Positions 1 to 12,279 of a stretch of DNA of 64,000 bases are shown piece by piece; the first letter of the stretch is position 1; every line of letters starts with the position of its first letter. The notes beneath the pieces are model-generated. The model did no database searches, had not been told where the DNA came from, and was given only the letters and a program-made list of their open reading frames with translations. Made by a program: the position numbers and the translations under genes. The stretch is from positions 13,698 through 77,697 of the forward strand of contig NW_021833264.1 in NCBI RefSeq assembly GCF_006345805.1, written 5' to 3'. The stretch comes from Octopus sinensis. Lineage: Eukaryota.

Positions 1-325
1 GCAAGGTCTGAATCGTAGAGAGGATAAGGACAGTTCTGATGCCCATCTCTGTCAAGAAGCTTCTTACCAGAATACTCGTCACTGAGTACCTTTGAAACAC
101 ACTTTGCACAAATTTTGTGCATGTTCTGATCCTCGCGAATAATTCTGTGTACAGTTGTCACTCCAACTCCAAGCAGTAAGCATATTCTCGTTAAAGAAAC
201 TCATCCAGAAAAAGGCAAATTTTCTCAACCAGCTCTGATGTTCATCTTTCTTGCACACCTTTCATCGTCTTTCACTTCCTCTTCAGCGTTCTTGAACTTA
301 CTGTATCAGCGAAAAGGCTAATTCA
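1..325 (-). pseudogene. Degenerate mariner transposase N-terminal (HTH) fragment
   Basis: Manual minus-strand translation gives YSKFKNAEEEVKDDERCARK and GVGVTTVHRIIREDQNMHKICAKCVSKVL. These resemble mariner (V)EDDERSGRP and TVHRI..EDL.MRK..AK.VP motifs. Stops and frameshifts are present. Confidence 0.75.
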
Positions 326-345
326 TACATAATCTAGAACATATA

Positions 346-527
346 GGCGCAGGAGTGGCTGTGTGGTAAGTGGCTTGTTTACCAACCACATGGTTCCGGG
401 TTCAGTCCCACTGCGTGGCACCTTGGGCAAGTGTCTTCTACTATACCCTCGGGCCGACCAAAGCCTTGTGAGAGGATTTGGTAGACGGAAACTGAAAGAA
501 GCCTGTCGTATATATGTATATATATAT

Positions 528-588
<61 letters not shown>

Positions 589-808
589 TTGTGTGTCTGT
601 GTTTGTCCCCCTAGCATTGCTTGACAACCGATGCTGGTGTGTTTATGTCCCCGTTACTTAGCGGTTCGACAAAAAAGACCGATAGAATAAGTACTGGGCT
701 TACAAAAGAATAAGTCCCGGGGTCGAGTTGCTCGATTAAAGGCGGTGCTCCAGCATGGCCGCAGTCAAATGACTGAGACAAGTAAAAGAGTAAAAGAGTA
801 AAAGAGTA
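346..808 (+). mobile_element. SINE family A (tRNA head, CORE-like CCTTGGGCAAG, internal TA/TG microsatellite, LINE-like 3' tail)
   Basis: A/B-box-like TGGCTGTGTGG and GGTTCAGTCCC, tail ending in (GTAAAAGA)n, many similar copies in the window. Confidence 0.9.
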
Positions 809-879
809 TTTCATAAGTCAAGTATTTTTACCCAGTTTCACACAGAACTTTATCGCATAGCGAGCTCCCAACAAAACAA

Positions 880-1192
880 TTTGTTTTTTTGTTTGTTCCT
901 TCTCGAGCTGCGCCTGGCTCATAAGGGCCGGTTTCCCAGTTTCCTTGGCGATTAGGTTCCCCACCTGGAAGAGACGCCGGTCCGTTGCAGGTGAGCTGCA
1001 AGATGCAGGAGGAAAGAGTGAGAGAAAGTTGTGGCAAAAGAGTCAGCAGAAGTTCGCCATTACCTTCTGCCGGAGCCGCATGGAGCTTAGGTGTTTCGCT
1101 CATAAACACACACACCGCCCGGTCTGAGATTGGAACCCGCGATCCCCCGACCGCGAATCCGCTGCTCTAACCACTAGGCCACGTGTCTCCAC
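880..1192 (-). mobile_element. SINE family B2 (tRNA-derived)
   Basis: The reverse complement has a TGGCCTAGTGG A box and B box and an (AAAC)/A-rich tail. Matches copies at 12.3-13.0 kb and 27.3-27.9 kb. Confidence 0.88.
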
Positions 1193-1301
1193 TACAAAAC
1201 AGTCAGCTGTAACATGTAGCACCTTGTAACCGTTTCCTTCAATCTAGAATGATAACAGACGTTGGCGGGTCAGCTTGTTAGTTGTATAATAATGGTATGC
1301 T

Positions 1302-1687
1302 AGTGGAGGCGCAATGGCCCAGTGGTTAGGGCAGCGGACTCGCGGTCATAGGATCGAGGGTTCGATTCCTAGACCGGGCGTTGTGAGTGTTTATTGACCT
1401 AAAACACCTAAAGCTCCACAAGGCTCCGGCAGGGGATGGTGGTGATCCCTGCTGTACTCTTTCACCACAACTTTCTCTCACTCTTACTTCCTGTTTCTGT
1501 TGTACCTTGTATTTCAAAGGGCCGGCCTTGTCACTCTCTGCGTCAGGCTGAATATCCCCGAGAACTACGTTAAGGGTGCACGTGTCTATGGAGTGCTCAG
1601 CCACTTACACGTTAATTTCACGAGCAGGCTGTTCCGTTGATCGGATCAACCGGAACCCTCATCGTCGTAACCGACGGAGTGCTTCCA
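1302..1687 (+). mobile_element. SINE family B1 (tRNA-derived)
   Basis: GTGGAGGCGCAATGGCCCAGTGG head, GGTTCGATTCC B box, ends GGAGTGCTTCCA. Near-identical copies occur elsewhere. Confidence 0.9.
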
Positions 1688-2114
1688 ATCCAATGGTATG
1701 CTAAAATTACAATAACTTAGGTTAGTTATACTTGACTCTACTAAAAAAAAAAAAAGGTTGAAAATTTCTGGAATGCACCCAGTATGTGAACTAAATTCTA
1801 TAAAAATATTTTGGGATTTCAACAAAATATTTTTGTTTCTGTTAAATTCAAATGTTGTTCTTAAATACTGACGCATCCTGTATATATGAACAACCGATTC
1901 TTCTTACGTTCCAATGTGTGTTGGAACTGAAGTCACATCCCTGCTCCAATTTGGCATATAAGCTTCGATAAAATACATAAATAATTGATACAATCATTAT
2001 GGCAATTCTTCCGACTGAACAATCTAATGGTTATAAAACATTAAGTAAATACAATATTAGTCTAGCTTTAGCCCTGGATAAATAATGACCAAAACCTATC
2101 TTAGTTTATACAAG

Positions 2115-2625
2115 TATCTATGTATGTATACGTTTATATGTGTGTATATATGTATGTATATATGTATATATATATATATATGTGCGTACATATATATATA
2201 TGTGTGTGTATATGTATGTATATGTATGTATATGTATGTATGTATATGTGTGTATATGTATGTATATGTATGTGCGTACATATACATGTGTATATATGTA
2301 TGTATATATATCTATATATATGGATATACATATATGTGCGTACATATATACATATATATATGTATGTATATATATGTATATATATGGATATATATGTGCG
2401 TACATATATACATATGCATACATACGTCTGTATGTGTGAGTATGCAAGTATGGACACGAAGAGAGAGTTGCAGACAAACCAAAAAGGACAAGCAGAATCA
2501 TACCTATATGTGTGTGTGTGCGGGTGTATACACACACACACACATATATATACATACATACATATATCATGTGTGCACAGATGTCTGTGTACATGCATGG
2601 GTGTGTATGTATACGTATATGTATG

Positions 2626-2672
<47 letters not shown>

Positions 2673-2683
2673 ATATATTAATA

Positions 2684-2715
<32 letters not shown>

Positions 2716-2730
2716 ATATATATATATAAA
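2115..2730. repeat. (TA)n/(TATG)n compound microsatellite
   Basis: Seen directly in the sequence. Confidence 0.95.
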
Positions 2731-2736
2731 CATTTA

Positions 2737-3136
2737 GGTGTGGCTGCGTGGTAAGTAGCTTGCTTACATGGTTCCGGGTTCAGTCTCACTGCGAACCACC
2801 TTGGGCAAGTGTCTTCTACTATAGCCTCGGGCTGACCAAAGCCTTGTGAGTGGATTTGATAGACGGAAACTGAAAGAAACCCGTCGTATATATGCGTATA
2901 TATGTATATGTATGTGTGTGTATATGTTTGTGTGTCTGTGTTTGTCTCCCCAAAATCACTTGACAACCGATGCTGGTGTGTTTACGTCCCCGTCACTTAG
3001 CGGTTCGGCAAAAGCAACCGATAGAATAAGTACTAAGCTTACAAAGAATAAGTCCTGGGGTCGATTTGCTCGACTAAAGGCGGTGCTCCAGCATGGCCAC
3101 AGTCAAATGACTGAAACAAGTAAAAGAGTAAAAGAG
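2737..3136 (+). mobile_element. SINE family A
   Basis: Colinear with 346-808. Confidence 0.88.
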
Positions 3137-3146
3137 CATATGTATA

Positions 3147-3334
3147 TGGAAGCACTCCGTCGGTTACGACGATGAGGGTTCCGGTTGATCCGAATCAACG
3201 GAACAGCCTGCCGGAGCCTCGTGGAGCTTTAGGTGTTTTCGCTCAATAAACACTCACAACGCCCGGTCTGGGAATCGAAACCGCGATCCTATGTCCGCGA
3301 GTCCGCTGCCCTAGCCACTGGGCCATTGCGCCTT
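3147..3334 (-). mobile_element. SINE family B1, internally deleted
   Basis: The two ends of B1 are joined at a CCTGC microhomology. Confidence 0.8.
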
Positions 3335-4103
3335 TGCATATGTATATACGTGTGTGTGTGTGCATATGTGTGTGTGTATATACACACACACACATGCATG
3401 AAAACATACGTACTCTGACTGTGCCAAAATTAACAGACTACTACGGAATATTCAAGCTTGACTCAGACACTATCAAGATAGATTCCCCGAAGGTGGCGCT
3501 GCGTACTGGTCACGTGTTGCATCAACCACATAAAGTACACGTCTCTAAAATCTTTCGTGCGGACATAACGTTCATTTTTGCACGCTTTCAATTTGCTTTC
3601 ATTTGCTTATCACATAATTTTCTCCAACAACTCTGTGAGATTTACAAATCTTTAGTTATTAAACACAACACTATAAAATCATTCGAACTTTTGTATTCTC
3701 TGTCCATTGCACATGTATCGACATTTCAATCAGGATATTTTCATTGATACTTTGGTAGTTTTATTTCAATTGTAGATAGCAACCCGAAAATTTAGTGCTT
3801 TACAGCTGTGCACTTTACGTACACGTCGCGTTAATCATCTAAATATATTTGTGAATAATGTATATTTATTGATAAACAATTTTCATGAAATGTAATGGTG
3901 GACACTTAAATTTATGTTTGCCCAAACTAGTAAAGTGAACAACGTCTCCATCACGCTGTTTTTATTTCCACTGGCATTGCTTTCCAACGAGGGGTAATAT
4001 CCGAGATAAGATCCAATCGAAAGACCTACAGACTTCACTTGTGACGGGACTATGAGCTTGTTGACTGTTTCTTTAATTATTCAACTAATAACTTTGTTGC
4101 AAA

Positions 4104-4975
4104 GTGAAGGCGCATGGCTCAGTGGTTAGAGCATCGAGCTTACGATCGTGAGGTTGTGAGTTCGAATCCCGAACCGGGCTGCGTGTTGTGTTCTTGAGCA
4201 AGACATTTTATTTCACGTTGCTCCAGTTCACTCAGCTGTAGAAATGAGTTGCGACGTCACGGGTGCCAAGCTGTATTGGCCCCTTTGTCTTTCCCTTGGA
4301 TAACACTGGTGGCGTGGAGAGGGAAAGCCAGTATCCATGGACGACTGCTGGTCTTCCATAAACAACCTTGTCCGGACTTGTGCCTGGAAGGGTGACATTC
4401 TAGGTGCAGCGATCGTGAGGTTGTGAGTTCGAATTCCAGACCGGTCTGCATGTTGTGCTCTTGAGCAAGACACTTTATTTCATGTTGCTCCAGTTCACTC
4501 AGCTGTAGAAATGAGTTGCGACGTCACAGGTGCCAAGCTGTATTGGCCCCTTTGTCTTTCCCTTGGATAACACTGGTGGCGTGGAGAGGGAAAGCCAGTA
4601 TCCATGGACGACTGCTGGTCTTCCATAACAACCTTGTCCGGACTTGTGCCTGGAAGGGTGACATTCTAGGTGCAGCGATCGTGAGGTTGTGAGTTCGAAT
4701 TCCAGACCGGTCTGCATGTTGTGCTCTTGAGCAAGACACTTTATTTCATGTGCTCCCAGTTCACTCAGCTGTAGAAATGAGTTGCGACGTCACAGGTGCC
4801 AAGCTGTATCGGCCCCTTTGCCTTTCCCTTGGATAACACTGGTGGCGTGGAGAGGGAAAGCCAGTATCCATGGACGACTGATGGTCTTCCATAAACAACC
4901 TTGTCCGGACTTGTGCCTGGGAGGGTAACTTTCTAGGTGCAATCCCATGGTCTGTGTCATGACCGAAGGGGGTCT
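4104..4975 (+). mobile_element. SINE family D concatemer (one 5' head, three bodies, period ~266-267 bp)
   Basis: TGGCTCAGTGG A box occurs once. CGATCGTGAGGTTGTGAGTTCGAAT recurs at 4143, 4410 and 4676. Confidence 0.88.
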
Positions 4976-5000
4976 CAGAGATATATATATAGATAGATAT

Positions 5001-5340
5001 GTGAAGGCGCGTGGCTCAGTGGTTAGAGCGTCGAGCTTACGATCGTGAGGTTGTGAGCTCGAATCCCGGACCGGGTTGCGTGTTGTGTTCTTGAGCAAGA
5101 CACTTTATTTCACGTTGCTCCAGTTCACTCAGCTCTAGAAATGAGTTGCGACGTCACTGGTGCCAAGATGTATCGACCTTTGTCTTTCCCTTGGATAACA
5201 CTGGTGGCGTGGAGAGGAGAAGCCGGTATGCATGGGCGACTGCTGGTCTTCTATAAACCACCTTGCCCGGACTTGTGTCTTAGAGGGTAACTTTCTAGGT
5301 GCAATACCCATGGTCAGTTTCGTGACCGAAGGGGGTCTCA
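5001..5340 (+). mobile_element. SINE family D monomer
   Basis: Full head plus body. The 4104-5340 cluster is flanked by AACT(T/C)TGTTGCAA at 4090-4102 and 5342-5354. Confidence 0.88.
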
Positions 5341-5640
5341 GAACTCTGTTGCAATTATGTTAATATTTCTGCTGAAAATATCCATTGGCACTGGAATCAT
5401 TTCTAACAAAAATTTAATCCAGCGAGCTATAGACTTCGCTTATGACGGAGGAATGAGCTTGTTAGCCATTTCTTTAATTATGCAGCAAATAACTCTGTTA
5501 CAATTACGTTAATCTTTCCTATAAAAAAATCCATTTGAATTGGAATTACAGCCAAATTTTAATCAAAAGACCTATAGACTTCATTTGTTATGGAGCTATG
5601 AATTTCGTATTTCTTCTTTTAATTATTCAGCTAATAACCT

Positions 5641-6033
5641 TACTCTTTACTCTTTTACTCTTTTACTTGTTTCAGTCATTTGACTGCGGCCATGCTGGAG
5701 CACCGCCTTTAGTCGAGCAATCGACCCCAGGACTTATTCTTTGTAAGCCCAGTACTTATTCTATCGGTCTCGCTAAGTGACGGGGACGTAAACACACCAG
5801 CATCGGTTGTCAAGCAATGCTAGGGGGACAAACACAAAGATATACACACATACTTATATATACATATATACGACAGGCTTCTTTCAGTTTCCGTCTACCA
5901 AATCCACTCACAAGGCTTTGGTCGGCCTGAGGCTATAGTAGAAGACATTTGCCCAAGGTGCCACGCAGTGGGACTGAACCCGGAACCATGTGGTTGGTAG
6001 ACAAGCTACCTACCACACAGCCACTCCTGCGCC
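5641..6033 (-). mobile_element. SINE family A
   Basis: Reverse complement of the 346-808 type. Confidence 0.9.
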
Positions 6034-6669
6034 TATTGCAATTATGTTAATATTTTCGCTGAAATTATCCATTGGAGCTGGAATCGCTCTTAGCCAAAAT
6101 TGAATCCAGAGAACTCTAGGCTTCTCTCATGGCGGAACTATGAGCTTCGTATCTTTTCCTCTAATTCTTCAGCTTGTAACTTTTTCGTTTTCTTTTGTCT
6201 TTCATTCGTTCCAGTCATTCGACTGAGGCGATGCAGAAGAATTTTTAGTCGAATATAACGACCCTAGTACTTATGTTTTTGTAAAGTCTGGTACATGTTC
6301 TATCGGTCTCTTTTGCCGAACCGCTATGTTACGGGGACGTAAATACACCAGCACTGATTGCCAAGCGGTAATGGAGAGACAAGCACAGACACAGACTCAC
6401 GCACACACACACACATATACACACACCACACACATATATATATGTATGTATGTATATATATGACAAGCTTCTTTCAGTTTCCGTCTCCCAAATTCACTCA
6501 CAAGGCACTAGACTGTAGAAGAAGACACTTACCCAAGGTGTGTCTTATGATCTTCCCCACTTAAATCACTTAAGTCGTTGGGGATTATTATTTGATGAAA
6601 ACTCACAGCATATTTTGCTGGATATGATGGAAAGTGTCAGCTGTCCACAGCCAGCAGACTAAGGTGACA

Positions 6670-7285
6670 CTCGTAAAAGGCCTCTCCAAGCTTTCCTATC
6701 ATTTATAATCTTTCTTGCCTCTCTCGCTCCAACGCTTCTAACCACCAAACCTTTCCTCACTCCATCCATCCACCCATCCACACAAACCGAGGTCTGCCTC
6801 TGGTTCCGCTGCCTACCACTTCTGCCTTCATCACCCTTCTTACCATCTGCTCCTCATCCATCCTCTCCATCATGTGGCAAACCACCTTGACATTCATCAA
6901 TCCATTTTGGTTGTTAGTTTTTCTCTCATTCCTAATCGCCTTCGCACCTCTTCATTCCTCATCCTGTCCATCCGTGTCACACCAAACATAGCCCTCAAAC
7001 ATCTCATCTCAAACACATCTAGTCGCCTCCTTTCTGCCCCTTTAAGTCGCCTCTTACGCCACGCAGGGAATAGGGCGACTGCATTCTACCGATCCCTCCA
7101 CCCACCCGGTCGCAGGGGATTTTGCCCGTTAACCCATAGCCGGGACCCTTACAGGTGCTACCACTCCGGGCCAGAGTAGACCTGGGAACAATAGTGGCTA
7201 AGCAGTGGTTCCACTCTCCTCAAACCCCGAAACCAGGGCCCCGGGGTTCCCTACCGGATGTAGTTTATAGTCATACCCAGGACTA
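6670..7285 (-). mobile_element. Non-autonomous bipartite RTE-derived element (non-coding 5' part fused to ORF2 C-terminus)
   Basis: Minus strand encodes AERRRLDVFEMRCLRAMFGVTRMDRMRNEEVRRRLG...DRKAWRGL, an RTE-type C-terminus. The same composite recurs at 11570-12170. Confidence 0.75.
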
Positions 7286-7290
7286 AATGC

Positions 7291-7419
7291 TTTAAGAATC
7301 TTGCGAAGAATTCTTACAGTTCCAAGCAATGCTGGTTTTTATAGATGTTCTACCTTTACATTTGTACCAATCTTTTTGAGCCATGCTGGTCATTTTCTGT
7401 ACCCTCTGACTGGCACGCC

Positions 7420-7420
<1 letters not shown>
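7291..7420 (-). mobile_element. R4/Dong-like non-LTR 3' fragment
   Basis: Minus-strand ...WLKKIGTNVKVEHL*KPALLGTVRILRKIL, next to an (ATT)n tract. Confidence 0.65.
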
Positions 7421-7492
<72 letters not shown>

Positions 7493-7699
7493 ATTATTAT
7501 TAACTCCGCCGAGGTCGACTTTGCCGTTCATCCTTTCGGGGTCGATAAATTAAGTACCAGTTACGTACTGGGGTCGATGTAATTGACTATTCCTCCTCCT
7601 CCTTCTCCATATTTCAGGCCCTGTGCCTATAGTAGAAGGGATTATTTCTGTCATCCTCCTCCCCACCTTTTTTGCGTATGTCTCTTCTTTTATAAGGTA

Positions 7700-8534
7700 C
7701 TAGCAGCATAGCCCGGCGTTGCCCGGATATGTAAGAGCCCCTAGTAGGCAACGACTAATCCCAATCTTGTCCTTTCCCTCTAGGGAACGAAGGCGCATGT
7801 GTAGGTTGCAATGTCTTCTCTTCACTTGAATACTTCTGTGTATACGATGTTCCTAGCTGTCCCTTTGTGCGAAAACATGAAAACATCATTGCGCCTCCTA
7901 AGAGAGTTAGAAAGGTCGAGTTGCGTCCCCTAGACAGTCTGTGGTTTGTGTTTAATACACAAATCGGTTTTTATGTGTGCCACATATGATGTAATTAACC
8001 GATTTTTTCCAGTAATAAAGTATCCTATTGGAATAAAAAGGGCCATATAGCTCCTTGGAGCAGACATGATGCTCGCTGTGAATTTAAAAAGAAATTCCTG
8101 CCAATTTGTGAAAGATATTGTGGAAAATATGTCATCTTGAATTTGAATGCGATTTCCCAAAATGGCATGATTTTATCGATTTTTTCTGATGGTAAGGTAT
8201 TGCATGGAAAACTAACGTCAGAATTAAGTTTCTTAGGGTAACATTAAGCTTCACCATGAGTTTGGTGAAAATCGATTGCAAGTTGCGAAAACTACAACAG
8301 AAAATGTGTTGCATATAAAAAGCTTAGATTCTTGACCCCATGTCGAATTTATCGACTTTTTCAGAACTGGGGGAACGTTTCAAAATTTTCTCTGCCTTAG
8401 TTTTGAATTATGACATTGGGCTATGTGTGTGTCAAGTTTCATCAGAATCGGTTGAAACCTGTGGTCAGGGTGAGGGTACAACCTGACAGACACACAGACA
8501 CACAGACAGACAAACTGCCGTTTATATAGAGAGA
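7700..8534 (-). mobile_element. Non-autonomous Helitron
   Basis: On the minus strand: 5' TC, 3' CTAG, sub-terminal GC hairpin (CCGGGCAACGCCGGG), inserted between A and T, no TSD. Confidence 0.8.
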
Positions 8535-8668
8535 TATACTCAAAGTACATATACCGTGTATACTTACTTCCTTATTTTTATCATTTCATTATATGTAAAC
8601 TCCAACACTGTGTCATTGCATTGTCTTCCTCGCCCTTCGCCCTTGTGGAAAATAAATTAAATCATTAA

Positions 8669-8709
<41 letters not shown>

Positions 8710-8725
8710 TATTATTATTATTATT

Positions 8726-9272
8726 GAGTGAGAGAGTAGTACATGCCATCAAAGGGACACTGTGTATACGAAGCCCAGTATACCCATCAAGACTACCCGT
8801 ATGATAAAGGTAGGCACATGTATCACAACTATGTGTGCCCGACATGGTGATCTCATATCAAGATAAACACCACATGATCTTGCAGGTGGGGTGAAGTTAG
8901 AATTTTCTTCTGGTTGAGTATAACCCATTCCACTCAAAAGGTCACTGAATAAGGGTTGTTTAAGGATGTTGAAAGAACCACCCACGTTTCCAGATGTGAA
9001 TTATTAAAGCCCCAAAGAATTCCTATCAACACACGAGTATGATTCTCCCCCACTACTTCTGCTAGAGGTCAGAGATGCACATATCGTCAGCCACTAAGGG
9101 ACATGCTCAGCTGGTTAAGGTCAAACAACTGACAAGCAAATCTGTGGTATTGAGCAGAATATTTGCTGTAGCCCATCTTTTATACCAAGACAAAACAATG
9201 TACATGATAACACTTCCAATCAGTTAAGATCAGAAGCCACGAGAGCCACAACCTGGTACTGCATCAGGGCAT
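8726..9272 (-). mobile_element. ~550 bp non-coding element embedded in (TAA)n
   Basis: Flanked by (ATT)n on both sides. A second copy lies at 16645-17198. Confidence 0.8.
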
Positions 9273-9294
9273 TTTATTATTATTATTATTATTA

Positions 9295-9619
9295 TTCTAT
9301 ATTTGACTTTTGCTTTATGTCTGTACAAGTTGGCTCCAAGTCTCACCCAGAGACCTCAAGAGACAACAGGTTGGAAGTTCATGTTGTTGTTATGCCTAGT
9401 GTGCCATATATTGGGGGGGGTAGGGGGTGTTGTACTAATGAATGTCTAAAAAAAAAAATTTATTTTAAAAGCCGAAAATTATGTTTGTTTTAAACCTTGA
9501 GATTACATAGAAAGTATTTTGCGTAGGATATGAGCAGTTCCCATGAGCACTATCTTTTGAATTTCTGCCATTTTGGGGTTTCCTGGTATCTGAGTTATGT
9601 AGCTATCAGCCCCTTTTGC

Positions 9620-9620
<1 letters not shown>
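9295..9620 (-). mobile_element. R4/Dong-like retrotransposon 3' end
   Basis: ADSYITQIPGNPKMAEIQKIVLMGTAHILRKILSM* followed by a 3' UTR and (TAA)n. Confidence 0.8.
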
Positions 9621-9670
<50 letters not shown>

Positions 9671-9817
9671 CATCATCATCATCATCACCATCATCATCAT
9701 CCCCGAGCTAATTCATTGTGGCAAAGTAGTCCGTTTGATCGAACTGAATGTTCATCATCGCAAACGACGGAGATTCTTTCATCTCTGGATGGCGGTAACG
9801 ATCGCTCGGCCGGGACA

Positions 9818-9949
9818 CCAATGACGTAATCATAATTACAATGCCATACTAATTACACGCAGATCCTTAAACCCTGGAAACTCAGTTCAAGCAGTTCGAA
9901 TGTTACGCTTCTTCCCACCGATCTAATGAACACGATTTGCGCATGCGCA
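9818..9949. promoter_or_regulatory. Candidate regulatory motif cluster (CCAAT/TGACGTAA, NRF1-type TGCGCATGCGCA)
   Basis: Motifs at 9818-9829 and 9938-9949 in non-repetitive, CpG-containing DNA. Motif match only. Confidence 0.35.
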
Positions 9950-10147
9950 TTACTGCGGGGGATTTTTATTTATTTCTTTATTAATTCCGTTTCAGTTTTG
10001 TTTTTTCTATTTTATTCATATTTATTTATTTATTGTAATTTTTTTTTCCTTCGGGACTTGTTTGTTATTTTCTTTTGTTGTATATATTTTATTTTTTTCA
10101 CTTCCTCGTGGGGTATTCCGTTTGATATCTATAATGATCGTAATATT

Positions 10148-11095
10148 TGGTGGTGGTGGTGGTGGTGGTGATGGTGGTGGTGTTGGTGTTGGTGGTGATG
10201 GTGGTGGTGTTGGTGGTGGTTGTGGTGGTGGTGGTGGTGGTGGTGGTGGTGGTGGTGGTGATGGTGGTGGTGGTGGTGGTGGTGGTGGTGGTTGCGCTGT
10301 GGTGATGGTGGTTGCGCTAGTGGTGGTGGTGGTGGTGGTGGTAGTGTTGGTGACGGCAGTGGTGGTGATGGTGGTGGTTGTGGTGTGGTGGTGTGGTGGT
10401 GATGGTGGTGGTGGTGGTGGTGGTGGTGGTGGTGGTGGTGGTGGTGGTGATAGAAGTGGTGGTGGTGGTGATGGTAGTGGTGTTGGTGGTGGTTGTGGTG
10501 GTGGTGGTGGTGGTGGTGGTGATGGTGGTGGTGGTGGTGTTGGTGGTATGGTGGTGGTGTTGGTGGTGGTTGTGGTGGTGGTGGTGGTGGTGGTGTGGTG
10601 GTGTGATGGTGGTGGTGGTGTGGTGGTGGTGGTGGTGGTGTTGCGCTAGTGGTGATGGTGGTTGCGCTAGTGGTGGTGGTGGTGGTGGTGGTAGTGTTGG
10701 TGACGGCAGTGGTGGTGATGGTGGTGGTGGTGGTGGTGGTGGTGGTGGTGATGGTGGTGGTGGTGGTGGTGGTGGTGGTGGTGGTGGTGGTGGTTGCGCT
10801 GGTGGTGGTGGTTGTGGTGGTGGATGAGGTGACTGTGGTAGTGTTGGTAGTTTTGGTGTTTCTGGTAACGGCTGTGGTGGTGGTGGTGGTTGCGCTGGTG
10901 GAGGTGGTGGTTGAGGTGATTGTTGTAGTGGTGGTAGTTTTGGTGTTTGTGGTGACGGCAGTGGTGGTGGTGGTGGTGGTGATGGTGGTGGTGGTGGTGG
11001 TGGTGGTGGTGATGGTGGTGGTGGTGGTAGTGGTGGTGGTGGTGGCGGTGGCGGTGGTGAATGTAGTGGTTATGGTAGTACTGGTGGTGATGGTA
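10148..11095. repeat. (GGT)n degenerate microsatellite
   Basis: Seen directly in the sequence. Confidence 0.95.
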
Positions 11096-11137
11096 TTTGT
11101 ACTTGCTTTATATTTTCTTCTTTCAAGAGAATTATTA

Positions 11138-11184
<47 letters not shown>

Positions 11185-11432
11185 ATATAATGTATCTATA
11201 CACATATGCACGCACCACACACACCAAGATACGCATATGTATGTAGATGGATACACATATATACATTCGTACATACAAACGGATACACACATGTACATAT
11301 ATGCAGCATATATATATATATATATAATATATATAGGGGTATCAGCCATCTGAATGTGGCTAGGGACTGGGTGGATGGCTGATACCCCTTACGTTGTCGA
11401 GCATTACTGTTATATCTCGTTCAGAGATTTAT

Positions 11433-11466
<34 letters not shown>

Positions 11467-11530
11467 GTAAGATATATATATATATATATATATATATATC
11501 TATATATATACTATATATATATATATATCT

Positions 11531-11561
<31 letters not shown>

Positions 11562-11569
11562 CTATATAC

Positions 11570-12170
11570 CCTCGTAAAAGGCCTCTCCAAGCTTTCCTTT
11601 CATTTATAATCTTTCTTGCCTCTCTCGCTCCAACGCTTCTAACCACCAAAGCTTTCCTCACTTAATCTACCCATCCTCACAAACCGAGGTCTGCCTCTGG
11701 TTCCGCTGCCTACCACTTCTGCCTTCATCACCCTTCTTACCATCTGCTCCTCATCCATCCTCTACATCATGTGGCCAAAGCACCTCGACATTCATCAATC
11801 CATTTTGGTTGTTAGTTTTTCTCTCATTCCTAATCGCCTTCGCACCTCTTCATTCCTCATCCTGTCCATCCGTGTCACACCAAACATAGCCCTCAAACAT
11901 ATCTAGTCGCCTCCTTTCCGCCCCTTTAAATCGCCTCTTACGCCACGCAGGGAATACGGCGACTGCATTCTACCGATCCCTCCACCCACCCGGTCGCAGG
12001 GGATTTTGCCCGTTAACCCATAGCCGGGACCCTTACAGGTGCTACCACTCCGGGCCAGAGTAGACCTGGGAACAATAGTGGCTAAGCGGTGGTTCCACAC
12101 TCCTCAAACCTCGAAAGCAGGGCCCCGGGGTTCCCTACCGGATGTAGTTTATAGTCATACCCAGGACTAA
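11570..12170 (-). mobile_element. Second copy of the bipartite RTE-derived element
   Basis: Colinear with 6670-7285. Confidence 0.75.
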
Positions 12171-12279
12171 ATTTAAGACATGGTAATTGGAGAAAATGAT
12201 TGCTCTCAGATACATGCGTGTCGTCCTGAAACGAATAATAAAAAAGAAAAATGAACGTAAAAGCCAAATCCGTGCAATG

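Noticed and set aside
1302-1380. tRNA-like heads as functional tRNA genes
   Set aside because: The cloverleafs are imperfect and run into SINE bodies, so they are SINE heads.
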